NCBI GenBank assembly: GCA_900319855.1
Contig: ONQC01000010.1
Span: 689 to 64,688, forward strand
Reading direction: 5' to 3'
Source of the DNA: an uncultured Bacteroidales bacterium
Lineage (GTDB): Bacteria > Bacteroidota > Bacteroidia > Bacteroidales > UBA932
DNA length: 64,000 nt
Part shown: one piece after another, positions 1 through 8,986 of the stretch
Layout of the letters: each line of letters starts with the position of its first letter
Position numbering within the stretch: the stretch's first letter is position 1
Notes under the pieces: model-generated
What the model was told of the DNA's origin: nothing
What the model saw: only the letters and a program-made list of their open reading frames with translations
The model's database searches: none
Position numbers and translations under genes: made by a program

Positions 1-2
1 CG

Positions 3-935
3 GAGGCGCCGACCGAGCCGCCCCCGCCAGTCGTCGTCGCACAGGCAGACGATGACACGATGATCCTCGACGGTGAGGTGCAGAGCGAGATGGCGCTGCT
101 CATCGACTGCGAGGCGAATCGTATCGTCGCCGTGAAGGGCGACCCCGATGCGAGGATCTACCCGGCCTCGATGACCAAGATCCTGACCGTCCTGACCGCC
201 ATCGAGCATATCGACGATTTTTCCGATACCTTTACGTTCACGGAGGAGATCATCGCCCCCCTCGAGGAGGCCGAGGCCTCCCGTGCCGGCTTCCTGCCGG
301 GCGAGACGGTCACGATGAACGATCTGCTCTACGCGGCCGCTCTGCCCTCCGGTGCGGACGGCACCATGGGCCTTGCCCTGGCGACTGCCGGCTCTGAGGA
401 GGCCTTTGTGGCGTGGATGAACGAAACGGTGGAAAAGCTCCACCTCGAGAACACCCATTTCACCAATAACAGCGGTCTGCATGACGAGAATCACTACAGC
501 TCGATGAACGACATCGCCGTGATCCTGCGCTATGCCATCATGAACGAGCGATGCAAGCAGATCCTGGGGACGTATACCTATACGACCTCCGAGACCGAGC
601 AGCATCCCGAGGGCATCCTCCTCGAGAGCACGATGTTCAGCCGTATGTACGGCACCGAGGTCGAGGGCATCCGCATCTGCGGCGGTAAGACCGGCTATAC
701 CGATGAGGCCGGCCAGTGCCTCGCGAACTGGGCCGAGACGCCTGGCGAACATCGCTACGTTACCGTGACGGCCAAGGGCATGAGCAAGTGGCACAACATT
801 TTCGATACGTTCCGCCTCTACGGCATCATCACCGGCACCTACGACCTGCTGACCCCGGAGGAGTCCGCAGCGCCCACCGATGAGGCGCCGGCAGAGGAGG
901 CCCCTGCCGAGGGCGAGGCAGCCGCACAGGAATAA
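3..935 (+). CDS. D-alanyl-D-alanine carboxypeptidase, peptidase S11 (DacB/DacF-like), 5'-truncated by window edge
   Basis: SxxK (ASMTK), SGAD at the SxN position, HFTNNSGL and KTG (GGKTGYT) motifs. Frame is open from base 3 (EAPTEPPPP...) to the listed Met at 60. Confidence 0.9.
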   Translation, partial: EAPTEPPPPVVVAQADDDTMILDGEVQSEMALLIDCEANRIVAVKGDPDARIYPASMTKILTVLTAIEHIDDFSDTFTFTEEIIAPLEEAEASRAGFLPGETVTMNDLLYAAALPSGADGTMGLALATAGSEEAFVAWMNETVEKLHLENTHFTNNSGLHDENHYSSMNDIAVILRYAIMNERCKQILGTYTYTTSETEQHPEGILLESTMFSRMYGTEVEGIRICGGKTGYTDEAGQCLANWAETPGEHRYVTVTAKGMSKWHNIFDTFRLYGIITGTYDLLTPEESAAPTDEAPAEEAPAEGEAAAQE

Positions 936-972
936 CAGTGCAGCACGTCCGCTGAGGCACCTGCTTTCATAT

Positions 973-981
973 TGATATAAT
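973..981 (+). promoter_or_regulatory. Extended -10 promoter (TGnTATAAT), sigma70/sigmaA type
   Basis: TGATATAAT in the AT-rich gap after the dac gene; perfect extended -10 consensus. Confidence 0.6.
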
Positions 982-1233
982 AGAGATAAGAGATAGGATA
1001 TCACGATGCCTGCGAAGGCATCCGCAAGCTGTCCGACCGACATAGACCGCAGGAGAGAGAAGCGGCGATGCGGGACGGGCAAATACTACAGATCGTGGCG
1101 CCGGCGACGGCGGCATGACCGAATAAGGTGGGTGAAGAGAACAGAACACCTGCCTGCGTCTAAGCGGCTCGACCGCGCGGTATGGAGGACCGAAGAAAAA
1201 GCTGCGGGAGCAGCACAAAGGAGAGCAAAACAT

Positions 1234-2310
1234 ATGAAACAGAGAAGAAGGCGCAGGGCTGCCGTCAGAAGGAAGCCGCCAAAGCCGACTTCCCGGATCT
1301 CGCTCGCAGGATGGTTCCTGATCATCGGAGCATTCGTCGGTGGGATCTTTGGGATCAACAAGGTGATTCGTGCAGCTTTCCCACAGCTCGTGAAGCGGGG
1401 GGATATCATCGTGGAAGGCGACTTCGCGGATACGCCAAAGCATGCCGAGCCTGTTGGGGACTATATCATCAGCAAAGACGATTCCATCCCGGCCGGCACG
1501 GACCCTCAGTCTGAGCCGCTCGAGCCGGGGGACGGCGCGGTCGATGCGGGCAGCTCGATCTTCGGGCGTTCCTATATCCCTGCCGGATGCGTCGCGATCG
1601 AGCCGGAGCAGAAGGACATCCACTCTGGTGCGCTCCTGCGTCTCGATTCGGAGAACGTCTACATCGGCAGCACCGGTGCGCTGACCGATCTGAGCGAGAT
1701 GAACGACTGCTACTGCGCACGCAGCAAGTCCCTCTCGATCAAGTCCGAGGTCGTTACGGCCATGAACGCGATGGCGAAGGACTGGCAGACCGTCATGCAT
1801 GAGGGCAAGCTCATGATCTACAGCACCACGGAGCCGTATGACGTGAACGGGAGCCTGTACCCGGAGGCGCTGCCCGACCGTGCGACAGGCTATTGCGTCG
1901 ATCTGTGCATCCTCAATGAGGACGGCACGATCTCGCGCATCGGCAGCGACACGACATGGCTCGCTGATCAGGCGTGGCATTACGGCTTCATCCTGCCCTA
2001 CACGGAGGCGGAGCAGGAGGCGACCGGCATCACGCCGGCACCCTACCATCTTCGCTATGTCGGGAAGGAGCATGCGGCGGTGATGCATGATCAGGGCCTG
2101 ACCCTCACCGCCTATATCGCGGCACTTCGCAAGCATCCGGTGAGCGACCCCTATATCTATAATGACGGCTCCAATGTCTGGAGCATCTACTTCACAGCAA
2201 AGGGCGTCGGCAAGACGACCGTGGCTGTGCCGATGAGCGGTGATTATGTGATGTCCGGCAACAACACGGACGGCTTCATCGTCGTCGCCGCCGGCCGCAT
2301 CGGGTCATGA
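1234..2310 (+). CDS. Membrane-anchored VanY-like (M15B) D,D-carboxypeptidase homolog with degenerate catalytic site
   Basis: WLADQAWHYGFILPY and HLRYVG match VanY/M15B. Basic N-terminus plus one TM helix (LAGWFLIIGAFVGGIFGI). AGGAG at 1219-1223 favours ATG 1234; the ORF is open from 1006. Confidence 0.7.
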   Translation: MKQRRRRRAAVRRKPPKPTSRISLAGWFLIIGAFVGGIFGINKVIRAAFPQLVKRGDIIVEGDFADTPKHAEPVGDYIISKDDSIPAGTDPQSEPLEPGDGAVDAGSSIFGRSYIPAGCVAIEPEQKDIHSGALLRLDSENVYIGSTGALTDLSEMNDCYCARSKSLSIKSEVVTAMNAMAKDWQTVMHEGKLMIYSTTEPYDVNGSLYPEALPDRATGYCVDLCILNEDGTISRIGSDTTWLADQAWHYGFILPYTEAEQEATGITPAPYHLRYVGKEHAAVMHDQGLTLTAYIAALRKHPVSDPYIYNDGSNVWSIYFTAKGVGKTTVAVPMSGDYVMSGNNTDGFIVVAAGRIGS

Positions 2311-2318
2311 TACATACG

Positions 2319-2349
2319 AACGTGCGGTGCTCTGGTACCGCACGTTTTT
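2319..2349 (+). terminator. Intrinsic terminator
   Basis: aacgtgcggt-gctctggt-accgcacgtt followed by T run, 8 nt after the stop at 2310. Confidence 0.75.
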
Positions 2350-2380
2350 GTTCCTCCGAGGCAGGCACTGCGAACAGGGA

Positions 2381-2407
2381 AGCCCCCGTTCGCGGTGAAC
2401 GGGGGCT
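2381..2407 (-). terminator. Probable terminator hairpin of the TIGR00266 gene
   Basis: Perfect 11-bp stem agcccccgttc/gaacgggggct just downstream of the minus-strand stop; U-tract is weak. Confidence 0.55.
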
Positions 2408-2425
2408 CGAGTCTGTTGGAGGTGA

Positions 2426-3103
2426 TCAGTCCTTCGAAGGGATGAAGCGTGCGATCGCGCCGGCGAGGTTGCTCAGCGGCATGGTCTGCATCCAAACGCG
2501 GCCGGGGCCGGTGACCTTCGTATTGAAGAGGCCCTCACCGCCGAGGAGCATGTTGCCGATGCCCTTGACGGTCTGGATGTCGATGGAGCAGGTGGCGTCC
2601 ATCGCTGCGAGGTTGCCGGTGTCCACGAGCATGGACTGGCCGGCCTGGAGCTCATAGCTGATGAGGCTGCCGTCGATCTCGAGCAGGAGCGTGCCGGTGC
2701 CGGAGAAGCGCTGCATGATGAAGCCCTCACCGCCGAAGAAACCGGCGCCGAGCTTCTTCTGGAAGAACATCTCGAAGCTGACGGACGGCGAGGAGGCCAG
2801 GAACGCAGACTTCTGCGCCACGATGTCGCGGCCGGGGGCCATCTCGATCTCCATGATCTCACCGGGAACGGTCGAGGCGAAGGCGATCATGCCGGGGCCG
2901 CCCTTGGCGGTGTAGGTGTTCTGGAACATGGAATCGCCGCTGAGGGCACGGCCGAGCATCTTGCCGATGCCGCCGCCCTTGGTCTGCATCTCCATGTTAG
3001 AGGACATCCACGTCATCGCACCGCGCTGGCAGACGACGCTCTCGCCGGCCTCCAGGTTCATGATGGCTACTGGATAGGGTTTGCCTTGGATCTCGTAATT
3101 CAT
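2426..3103 (-). CDS. TIGR00266 / AIM24 family protein
   Basis: GAMTWMS, AQKSAFLA, GGEGFIMQ and GGEGLFNT..GPGRVWMQTMP are typical of the family. AGGAGG Shine-Dalgarno upstream (complement of cctcct at ~3112-3117). Confidence 0.88.
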   Translation of the reverse strand: MNYEIQGKPYPVAIMNLEAGESVVCQRGAMTWMSSNMEMQTKGGGIGKMLGRALSGDSMFQNTYTAKGGPGMIAFASTVPGEIMEIEMAPGRDIVAQKSAFLASSPSVSFEMFFQKKLGAGFFGGEGFIMQRFSGTGTLLLEIDGSLISYELQAGQSMLVDTGNLAAMDATCSIDIQTVKGIGNMLLGGEGLFNTKVTGPGRVWMQTMPLSNLAGAIARFIPSKD

Positions 3104-3164
3104 ATGTCATTCCTCCTATATCGACTGCCTTTGCGGCAGTTGTTAACATAACGTGGGCCTTGCT

Positions 3165-3357
3165 TCATTTCTCGAACTTGTTGGTCAGCTCGGTGATCTG
3201 GTCGGTGAGACGGGCAAGGTCCTTGTTCGTGCGGCCCTCGCTGCTGCGGATGACGGCCGTGAGGCGGTCGAGCGCGGTGAGCAGCCGCTGGTAGACGGTG
3301 TTTGCCTTGACACCGGGCTTCTTCTCGATGGGACGCGGCACGGCCTCGAGCGTGATC
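3165..3357 (-). CDS. 3' fragment of a Firmicutes MBL-fold metallo-hydrolase (C-terminal helical domain); left side of the chimeric junction
   Basis: VYQRLLTALDRLTAVIRSSEGRTNKDLARLTDQI resembles the RL..VI...EG..NKDLA...DQI C-terminus I recall from clostridial MBL-fold hydrolases, and is unrelated to DUF1015. Confidence 0.5.
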
Positions 3358-3530
3358 TCATCGGCGATGGGGTCGAAGTCGATTTCCGGCTTGGTGATGT
3401 GCAGCAGGGACTTCTCTCCGGCCATGGCCTTGGCCTCGGCGGAGTTGAGGACGTCATACGGAGGTGCCGCGACCTCGGTCACGATGTTCTTCGGGGGACG
3501 GACGGCGGCAAAGGGTTTTACGCGTACCAT
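3358..3530 (-). CDS. DUF1015 family protein, 5' fragment only (~58 aa), cut at the junction
   Basis: VKPFAAVRPP..VAAPPYDVLNS.EA...SLLHITKPEIDF is the DUF1015 N-terminus; it follows serC-serA as in Bacteroidetes. Confidence 0.8.
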
Positions 3531-3532
3531 AA

Positions 3533-4453
3533 CTATTTGTTCACTTGGAATTTACGGTTGCCGGTAGCAAAGAAATCGACGATCTGGCGGGCGGCGGCGA
3601 GGCCGGCGTTCATGTTGGCTTCCGCGGTCTGGGCACCCATCTTCTTCGGGGTGGCGAAGACGCGCAGGCCGAACTTCTCCTGCAGGGCGGCGTAGTTGTC
3701 CGGCATGACGTCGGTGACGTACTTGAGGTCCGGACGGTCTTCGAGGGCACGCATCAGGCCTTCTTCGTCAATGACTTCCTTGCGGGCGGTGTTGACGAGG
3801 GTGGCGCCCTTCGGCATCTTGGTGATCAGGTCGTAATTGATGCTCTTGATGGTCGCCGGGAGGGCCGGGATGTGGATCGAGACGAAGTCGGAGCTGGCGT
3901 ACAGTTCGCCCAGGTCGGTGACCGGCTTGGCACCGCCGGCTTCGATCTGCTCCGGTGTCAGGAACGGGTCCAGGGCGAGGATGTCCATGCCGAGGGCCTT
4001 GGCCTTGGCACCGACCAGGCGGCCGACATTGCCGAAGGCCTGGATACCGAGGCGCTTGCCCATGACCTCACTGCCGGTGGCAGGGGTGAACTGGGTGCGG
4101 CTCATGAAGATCATCATCGCGATGGCGAGCTCGGCGACGGCGTTGGAGTTCTGGCCCGGAGTGTTCATGACGACCACGCCATGGGCGGTGGCGGCGGCCA
4201 GGTCGACGTTGTCGAAGCCTGCACCGGCGCGGACGACGATCTTGAGGTTCTTCGCGGCGTCGAGGACTTCCGCGGTGACCTTGTCGGAGCGGATGATCAG
4301 GGCGTCGACATCGGCGACGGCGGCGACGAGGTCCTTCTGTTCCGGATATTTTTCGAGGGTGGCGAATTCATGACCCGCGGCGAGGACGATCTCCTTGATG
4401 CCTGCCACGGCAGCCGCGGAAAACGGCTTCTGGGTTGCAACCAATATCTTCAT
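3533..4453 (-). CDS. serA: D-3-phosphoglycerate dehydrogenase (short type, D-2-hydroxyacid dehydrogenase family)
   Basis: RAGAGFDNVD, MNTPGQNSNAVAE, FGNVG NAD-binding motif, NTARKEV; directly downstream of serC. Confidence 0.88.
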   Translation of the reverse strand: MKILVATQKPFSAAAVAGIKEIVLAAGHEFATLEKYPEQKDLVAAVADVDALIIRSDKVTAEVLDAAKNLKIVVRAGAGFDNVDLAAATAHGVVVMNTPGQNSNAVAELAIAMMIFMSRTQFTPATGSEVMGKRLGIQAFGNVGRLVGAKAKALGMDILALDPFLTPEQIEAGGAKPVTDLGELYASSDFVSIHIPALPATIKSINYDLITKMPKGATLVNTARKEVIDEEGLMRALEDRPDLKYVTDVMPDNYAALQEKFGLRVFATPKKMGAQTAEANMNAGLAAARQIVDFFATGNRKFQVNK

Positions 4454-4462
4454 GATCCTGAA

Positions 4463-5536
4463 CTATTTGTGAAGTTTTTCAAATTCCTGCATGCAGGCCA
4501 CGAGGGCTTCGACATCTTCGATCTTGCAGGCGTTGTACAGGGAGGCGCGGAAGCCGCCGACGCTGCGGTGGCCCTTGATACCGATCATGCCATGCTCTTT
4601 GGCGAAAGCCATGAATGCATCCTGCAGGTCTTCCTTGCCCGGGGCCATGACGAAGCAGACGTTCATCAGGGAGCGGTCTTCCTTGGCGGCGGTGCCGACG
4701 AACATCGAGTTGCGGTCGATTTCATCGTACAGCAGGGCGGCCTTCTTCTGGTTAATCTTCTGGATGGCTTCCACGCCGCCGATGCCCTTGAGCCACTTGA
4801 GGGTCTCGTTCATGACATAGATGGCGAAGACCGGCGGGGTGTTGAACATGGACTCCTTCTCGATGTGGGTGCGGTAGTCGAGCATCGTCGGGATGTAGCG
4901 GCTGACCTTGCCCAGCATGTCTTTCTTGATGATGGCGAAGATCACGCCGGCAGGACCGACGTTCTTCTGGGCGCCACCGTAGATGAGGACGTATTTGCTG
5001 ACATCGACGGGACGGGACATGATGTCGGAGGACATGTCGGCGATCAGCGGGACCGGGCAGTCATAGTCTTCCTTGATCTCGGTGCCGTAGATCGTATTGT
5101 TGGTGGTAATGTGGAAATAGTCGAGGTCGGTCGGGATTTCGTAACCCTTCGGGATGTAGGTGTAGTTCTTGTCCTTGGAGCAGGCGATGGCGTAGGCTTC
5201 ACCGATGCCCTGGGCCTGCTGGAGGGCCTTGTGTGCCCAGACGCCGGTATCCAGGTAGGCTGCCTTGTGCTCGAGATAGTTCATGGCGACATACAGGAAC
5301 TGGAGGCTGGCGCCGCCGCCGAGGAAGACGACTTCGTGCGTATCCGGGATGTGGAGGAGTTCCTTCCAGAGTGCGCGGCACTCGTTCATGGTCTCTTCCC
5401 ATTCTTTGGTGCGGTGGGAGATGGAGAGGACGGAAACGCCCGTTCCCTTGAAGTCTTTCAGCGCTGCAATGGCATTGTCGATGGCCTGCTCAGGCAGAAT
5501 GCAAGGGCCGGCATTGAATACGTGAACTTTTCCCAT
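4463..5536 (-). CDS. serC: 3-phosphoserine/phosphohydroxythreonine transaminase
   Basis: [29 protein letters not shown] (PLP lysine), [19 protein letters not shown]. Confidence 0.96.
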   Translation of the reverse strand: MGKVHVFNAGPCILPEQAIDNAIAALKDFKGTGVSVLSISHRTKEWEETMNECRALWKELLHIPDTHEVVFLGGGASLQFLYVAMNYLEHKAAYLDTGVWAHKALQQAQGIGEAYAIACSKDKNYTYIPKGYEIPTDLDYFHITTNNTIYGTEIKEDYDCPVPLIADMSSDIMSRPVDVSKYVLIYGGAQKNVGPAGVIFAIIKKDMLGKVSRYIPTMLDYRTHIEKESMFNTPPVFAIYVMNETLKWLKGIGGVEAIQKINQKKAALLYDEIDRNSMFVGTAAKEDRSLMNVCFVMAPGKEDLQDAFMAFAKEHGMIGIKGHRSVGGFRASLYNACKIEDVEALVACMQEFEKLHK

Positions 5537-5592
5537 ATCAGATTTTAAGTAAATGTTATTATTGTGGTTAAGATTTCTATTCGAAATCGCTG

Positions 5593-5600
5593 CGAATATA
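5593..5600 (-). promoter_or_regulatory. Bacteroidetes -7 box (TATATTCG) for serC-serA-DUF1015
   Basis: One mismatch to TAnnTTTG, in the AT-rich pyrB-serC gap. Confidence 0.45.
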
Positions 5601-5608
5601 CAAAAATT

Positions 5609-6514
5609 TTAACGATATCCCAATAAATACGCAATAACTGCCATCCGGACGTACATTCCGCCGCGGGCCTGCTGGAAATAGTAGGCATACGGGGTCGTAT
5701 CGACATCCGTATGGATTTCGGTGATGCGCGGAAGCGGGTGCAGGATCTTCATGTTCGGCCGGGCGTTCCCGAGCATGGAGGCCCTCAGTTCATAGACATC
5801 CTTGACCCTCTCGTAATCCTCCCGGGTGGGGAAGCGTTCCTGCTGGACGCGGGTCATGTAGAGGATGTCGCAGTCGTCGATGTGGTCCTCGAGCGATTCG
5901 GTCTGCTCATAAGGAATTCCCTTTGCATCGAGGAAGTCGAGGTATTTGCGGGGCATCTTCAGTTCTTCGGGGGCGGTGAAGATGAAATGCGGGTCGAAGT
6001 CGGACATGGCCTCGGACAGGGAATGGACGGTGCGGCCGTACTTGAGGTCGCCGACCATGTTGACGGTCAGGCCTTCCAGCCTGCCCTGGGTTTCGCGGAT
6101 GGCGAACAGGTCGAGCAGGGTCTGCGTCGGGTGCTGGTTGGCTCCGTCTCCGGCGTTGACCACGGGGATCCCGGCTACGGAGGCGGCGATGGCCGCGGCG
6201 CCTTCCATCGGATGGCGCATCACGATCATGTCGGCATAGCCGGAGACGATCCGGATGGTGTCCTCCAGGGTCTCTCCCTTGCTCTGGGAGGTGTTCTTGT
6301 TGTCCGGGAAGCCGATGACGCGGGCTCCGAGACGGTTTACGGCCGCTTCAAAGGAGAGGCGGGTGCGGGTGGAGGGCTCGAAAAAGAGGCAGGCGACCAC
6401 TTTCCCGGCCAGGAAGTTTTGTTCGCGGTCCTTTTCGAATTCCTTGGCGACGTCGAGGATGTGGAGGATCTCGTCTTTGGAGAAGTCCTGGATGGAAATG
6501 AGGTTCTTTGTCAT
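5609..6514 (-). CDS. pyrB: Aspartate carbamoyltransferase catalytic subunit
   Basis: FFEPSTRTRLSFE, HPTQTLLDL, GDLKYGRTVHS, TRVQQERF, HPLPR. Confidence 0.96.
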   Translation of the reverse strand: MTKNLISIQDFSKDEILHILDVAKEFEKDREQNFLAGKVVACLFFEPSTRTRLSFEAAVNRLGARVIGFPDNKNTSQSKGETLEDTIRIVSGYADMIVMRHPMEGAAAIAASVAGIPVVNAGDGANQHPTQTLLDLFAIRETQGRLEGLTVNMVGDLKYGRTVHSLSEAMSDFDPHFIFTAPEELKMPRKYLDFLDAKGIPYEQTESLEDHIDDCDILYMTRVQQERFPTREDYERVKDVYELRASMLGNARPNMKILHPLPRITEIHTDVDTTPYAYYFQQARGGMYVRMAVIAYLLGYR

Positions 6515-6529
6515 ATCTGTTCGTTTGGT

Positions 6530-7135
6530 TTAAATTTCGGTGATGCGGCAGACGGCGCCGAGCCGGTCCTGGAAATCCTGCAGTGCGGCCAGTCTTACGC
6601 GCGTACGCAGGGAACACGTGGCGCCGAAATCCTGTCCTTCCTGGGGGAGTCCCATGTCTTTGAGGACCTTCATGACGGCGTTCATGGCCATGTAGTCGAA
6701 ATCCAGGCGGAAGTTCTTTCCGGCGACCTTTTCAATGACCGTGGCAGCGGCAAGGGCGTCGGCGGTGGAAGTCTTGTACGCCCGGATCAGTCCAGGAATG
6801 CCCAGTTTGATGCCGCCGAAATAGCGGACGACGACCACCAGGATGTCGCTCAGGCCCAGGGAATCGATCTGGCCGAGGATGGGCCGGCCGGCCGAGCCGG
6901 AGGGCTCCCCGTCATCGTTGGCGCGGAACGTATCGCCCAGGTATCCGAGGCGGTAGGCGTAGCAGTGGTGGCGGGCGTCGTGGTATTCTTTCTTGAGGGA
7001 ATCGACGATATCCTTGACCTGGTCCGGGGTCTCGACGGGGAAGGCGAAGGCGATGAAGCGGCTTCCGTTGTCCTTGAAAAGCCCCTCCGAGCGAGCAGCG
7101 ATGCTCTTGTATGCGTCTTTGATGACCGGGTCCAT
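6530..7135 (-). CDS. yigZ: YigZ/IMPACT family protein
   Basis: SRFIAFAFP, DARHHCYAYR, DDGEPSGSAGRPIL, VVRYFGGIKLG..GLIRAY. Confidence 0.9.
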   Translation of the reverse strand: MDPVIKDAYKSIAARSEGLFKDNGSRFIAFAFPVETPDQVKDIVDSLKKEYHDARHHCYAYRLGYLGDTFRANDDGEPSGSAGRPILGQIDSLGLSDILVVVVRYFGGIKLGIPGLIRAYKTSTADALAAATVIEKVAGKNFRLDFDYMAMNAVMKVLKDMGLPQEGQDFGATCSLRTRVRLAALQDFQDRLGAVCRITEI

Positions 7136-7148
7136 ATCTCGTATCTCC

Positions 7149-7156
7149 CAAAAATA
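7149..7156 (-). promoter_or_regulatory. Bacteroidetes -7 box (TATTTTTG) for yigZ-pyrB
   Basis: Exact TAnnTTTG 13 nt upstream of the ATG. Confidence 0.55.
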
Positions 7157-7228
7157 GTCAAAATCCCCGGATTTTCCAACCCGGAAGCAGTTTTTGCAGC
7201 ATTTTGCGCGACGTGCCGAAATATTTTG

Positions 7229-7236
7229 TACCTTTG
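7229..7236 (+). promoter_or_regulatory. Bacteroidetes -7 box (TACCTTTG) for the 7263 gene and miaA
   Basis: Exact TAnnTTTG upstream of ATG 7263. Confidence 0.6.
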
Positions 7237-7262
7237 CCGGCGTTAACTGAAAGATCGCTTTT

Positions 7263-7853
7263 ATGGTGCTACGTTACCGCATTTCCCTGGCCGGCCTGAA
7301 GGGCTTCGCACGGGTCTATGAACTGAAACCGACCATGTCGCTGTATGATTTCCACAAGCGGCTGCGTGATGATTTGGATTTCCCGCATGACCAGCTCATC
7401 CAGTTCAAGGCCTTGGATGCGGCGGGCGGACTGGTAGCCCGTTACGGCCTGTTCGACCTGGGCAGCGGCGCCGTCGATGCCGTCTCCCTCGCCGAGACCG
7501 TGGAAAAGGGCGTGGCTTCCTTCCTGTATTTCTATGACGTAGCCAACCGCAAGAGCGTCATCGTCACCTACGAGGGCGAAGTCGAGGCGCGCAAGGGCGT
7601 CGTCTATCCGGCCCTGGTCGAGACGAAGGGTCCGAACCCGATCGAGTTCGAGAACGGCTACGTGGCCTATGAAGACCTGCCGGACGAGCAGAAGCACATG
7701 CCCGGCGAGCGCAGCTGGAGCAAGGACAAGGGCGATACCTCCTTCGATGATGACGATGAGGACCTCGATGACGAGGATCTCGACGAAGAGGATGACGAGG
7801 AAGAAGACGGCGACGAGGACGGCAAGGAGATCTTCGAAGAAGGCGAGCTGTAG
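7263..7853 (+). CDS. Hypothetical protein, pRiA4b ORF-3/TnpR-like, with acidic C-terminal tail
   Basis: N-terminal ..YDFHKRL..DLDF pattern and position upstream of miaA resemble the Bacteroidetes pRiA4b-ORF3-like gene; D/E-rich tail. Confidence 0.55.
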   Translation: MVLRYRISLAGLKGFARVYELKPTMSLYDFHKRLRDDLDFPHDQLIQFKALDAAGGLVARYGLFDLGSGAVDAVSLAETVEKGVASFLYFYDVANRKSVIVTYEGEVEARKGVVYPALVETKGPNPIEFENGYVAYEDLPDEQKHMPGERSWSKDKGDTSFDDDDEDLDDEDLDEEDDEEEDGDEDGKEIFEEGEL

Positions 7854-7856
7854 TCC

Positions 7857-8753
7857 ATGCGCCGCAGGCTGGTCATCGTGGTCGGACCCACGGCCGTGGG
7901 CAAGACGGATTGGAGCATAGACCTGGCGCTCAGGCATGGCTCTCCGGTGATCTCCTGCGATTCCCGGCAGATATACAAGGAAATGACGGTCGGTACGGCC
8001 GTTCCCGATGCTTCGCAGCTTGCGGCTGTGAAGCATTATTTCATTCAGGATCATTCCATCCATCAGTACTATACGGCCGGCAAATACGAGATCGAGGCCC
8101 TTGCCCTGATTCACAAACTGTTTGATGAGGGACACGAGACGCTGGTCATGGCGGGCGGGTCCGGTTTCTATGTCGATGCCGTGTGTAACGGACTGGACGA
8201 CATCCCCGATGCAGATCCCGTCCTGCGGGCCGATCTGACGCGCCGGCTTGCGGAAGAAGGCGTGGAAAGCCTGCGCGCGGACCTCAAACGTCTGGATCCC
8301 GAAGCGTGGCGGACCATCGACATCGCCAATCCGCAGCGGGTCCTGCGGGCGGTGGAGGTATGTCTGCTCTCCGGCCGGCCTTTTTCCTCTTTCAAATTGT
8401 CCGCGCCGAAACAGCGCGATTTCGAGATTGAGAAAATCGGGCTCACCCGGCCCCGTGCGGAATTGTACGACCGCATCGACCGGCGTGTCCTGCAGATGCT
8501 GGACGACGGCCTGGTCGAAGAAGTCCGCGGCCTGCTCCCGGACCGGAATCTCCCGGCCCTGCAGACCGTCGGCTACAAAGAGATCTTTGCCTATCTGGAT
8601 GTCCTTGACGGCCGTGCCCCGGCCTCCGACCCGTTTGCCATCCGGACGCTCGACGATGCCGTACGGGCTATCCAGACCAACACCCGGCATTATGCCAAGC
8701 GCCAGCTCACCTGGTGGCGCCGCGACCCTTCCATCCGCTGGGTCGAGCTCTGA
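7857..8753 (+). CDS. miaA: tRNA dimethylallyltransferase
   Basis: GPTAVGKT, DSRQIY, GTAVP, GGSGFY, NPQRVLRA, VGYKE, TRHYAKRQLTW. Confidence 0.96.
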   Translation: MRRRLVIVVGPTAVGKTDWSIDLALRHGSPVISCDSRQIYKEMTVGTAVPDASQLAAVKHYFIQDHSIHQYYTAGKYEIEALALIHKLFDEGHETLVMAGGSGFYVDAVCNGLDDIPDADPVLRADLTRRLAEEGVESLRADLKRLDPEAWRTIDIANPQRVLRAVEVCLLSGRPFSSFKLSAPKQRDFEIEKIGLTRPRAELYDRIDRRVLQMLDDGLVEEVRGLLPDRNLPALQTVGYKEIFAYLDVLDGRAPASDPFAIRTLDDAVRAIQTNTRHYAKRQLTWWRRDPSIRWVEL

Positions 8754-8953
8754 CCCTCCGGGGCCCCCGGTCGTAGAATACTTACGAGATATAGGATGGC
8801 GGGAAAAGGAATTAACTGATTATTAAGGTATTGAGGAATCTTTACCGCAAATCAATTTGCGATAAAGGTAGGTGATTTATTTGAATACCATTGATTTACA
8901 TTTCTCGCCCTTTGGCGGACCGGGGGGGGAAAAAAATAGTCAGGGGGAAACAA

Positions 8954-8986
8954 AAAAACTGAAGCCGATACTGGGCTTCAGTTTTT
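8954..8986. terminator. Bidirectional intrinsic terminator between miaA and the DUF3127 gene
   Basis: aaaaactgaagcc-gatactg-ggcttcagttttt, with A-run before and T-run after. Confidence 0.8.

Noticed and set aside
1000-1233. Possible riboswitch (e.g. c-di-GMP-I or c-di-AMP) in the leader of the VanY-like gene; hairpin gatgcc-tgcgaa-ggcatc at 1005-1022
   Set aside because: The core conserved motifs are not present in the right order; only one hairpin is supportable. The region may even be coding from ATG 1006.
3354-3357. GATC at the chimeric seam, suggesting Sau3AI/DpnII ligation
   Set aside because: GATC is very frequent in this sequence and the exact breakpoint cannot be fixed without references.
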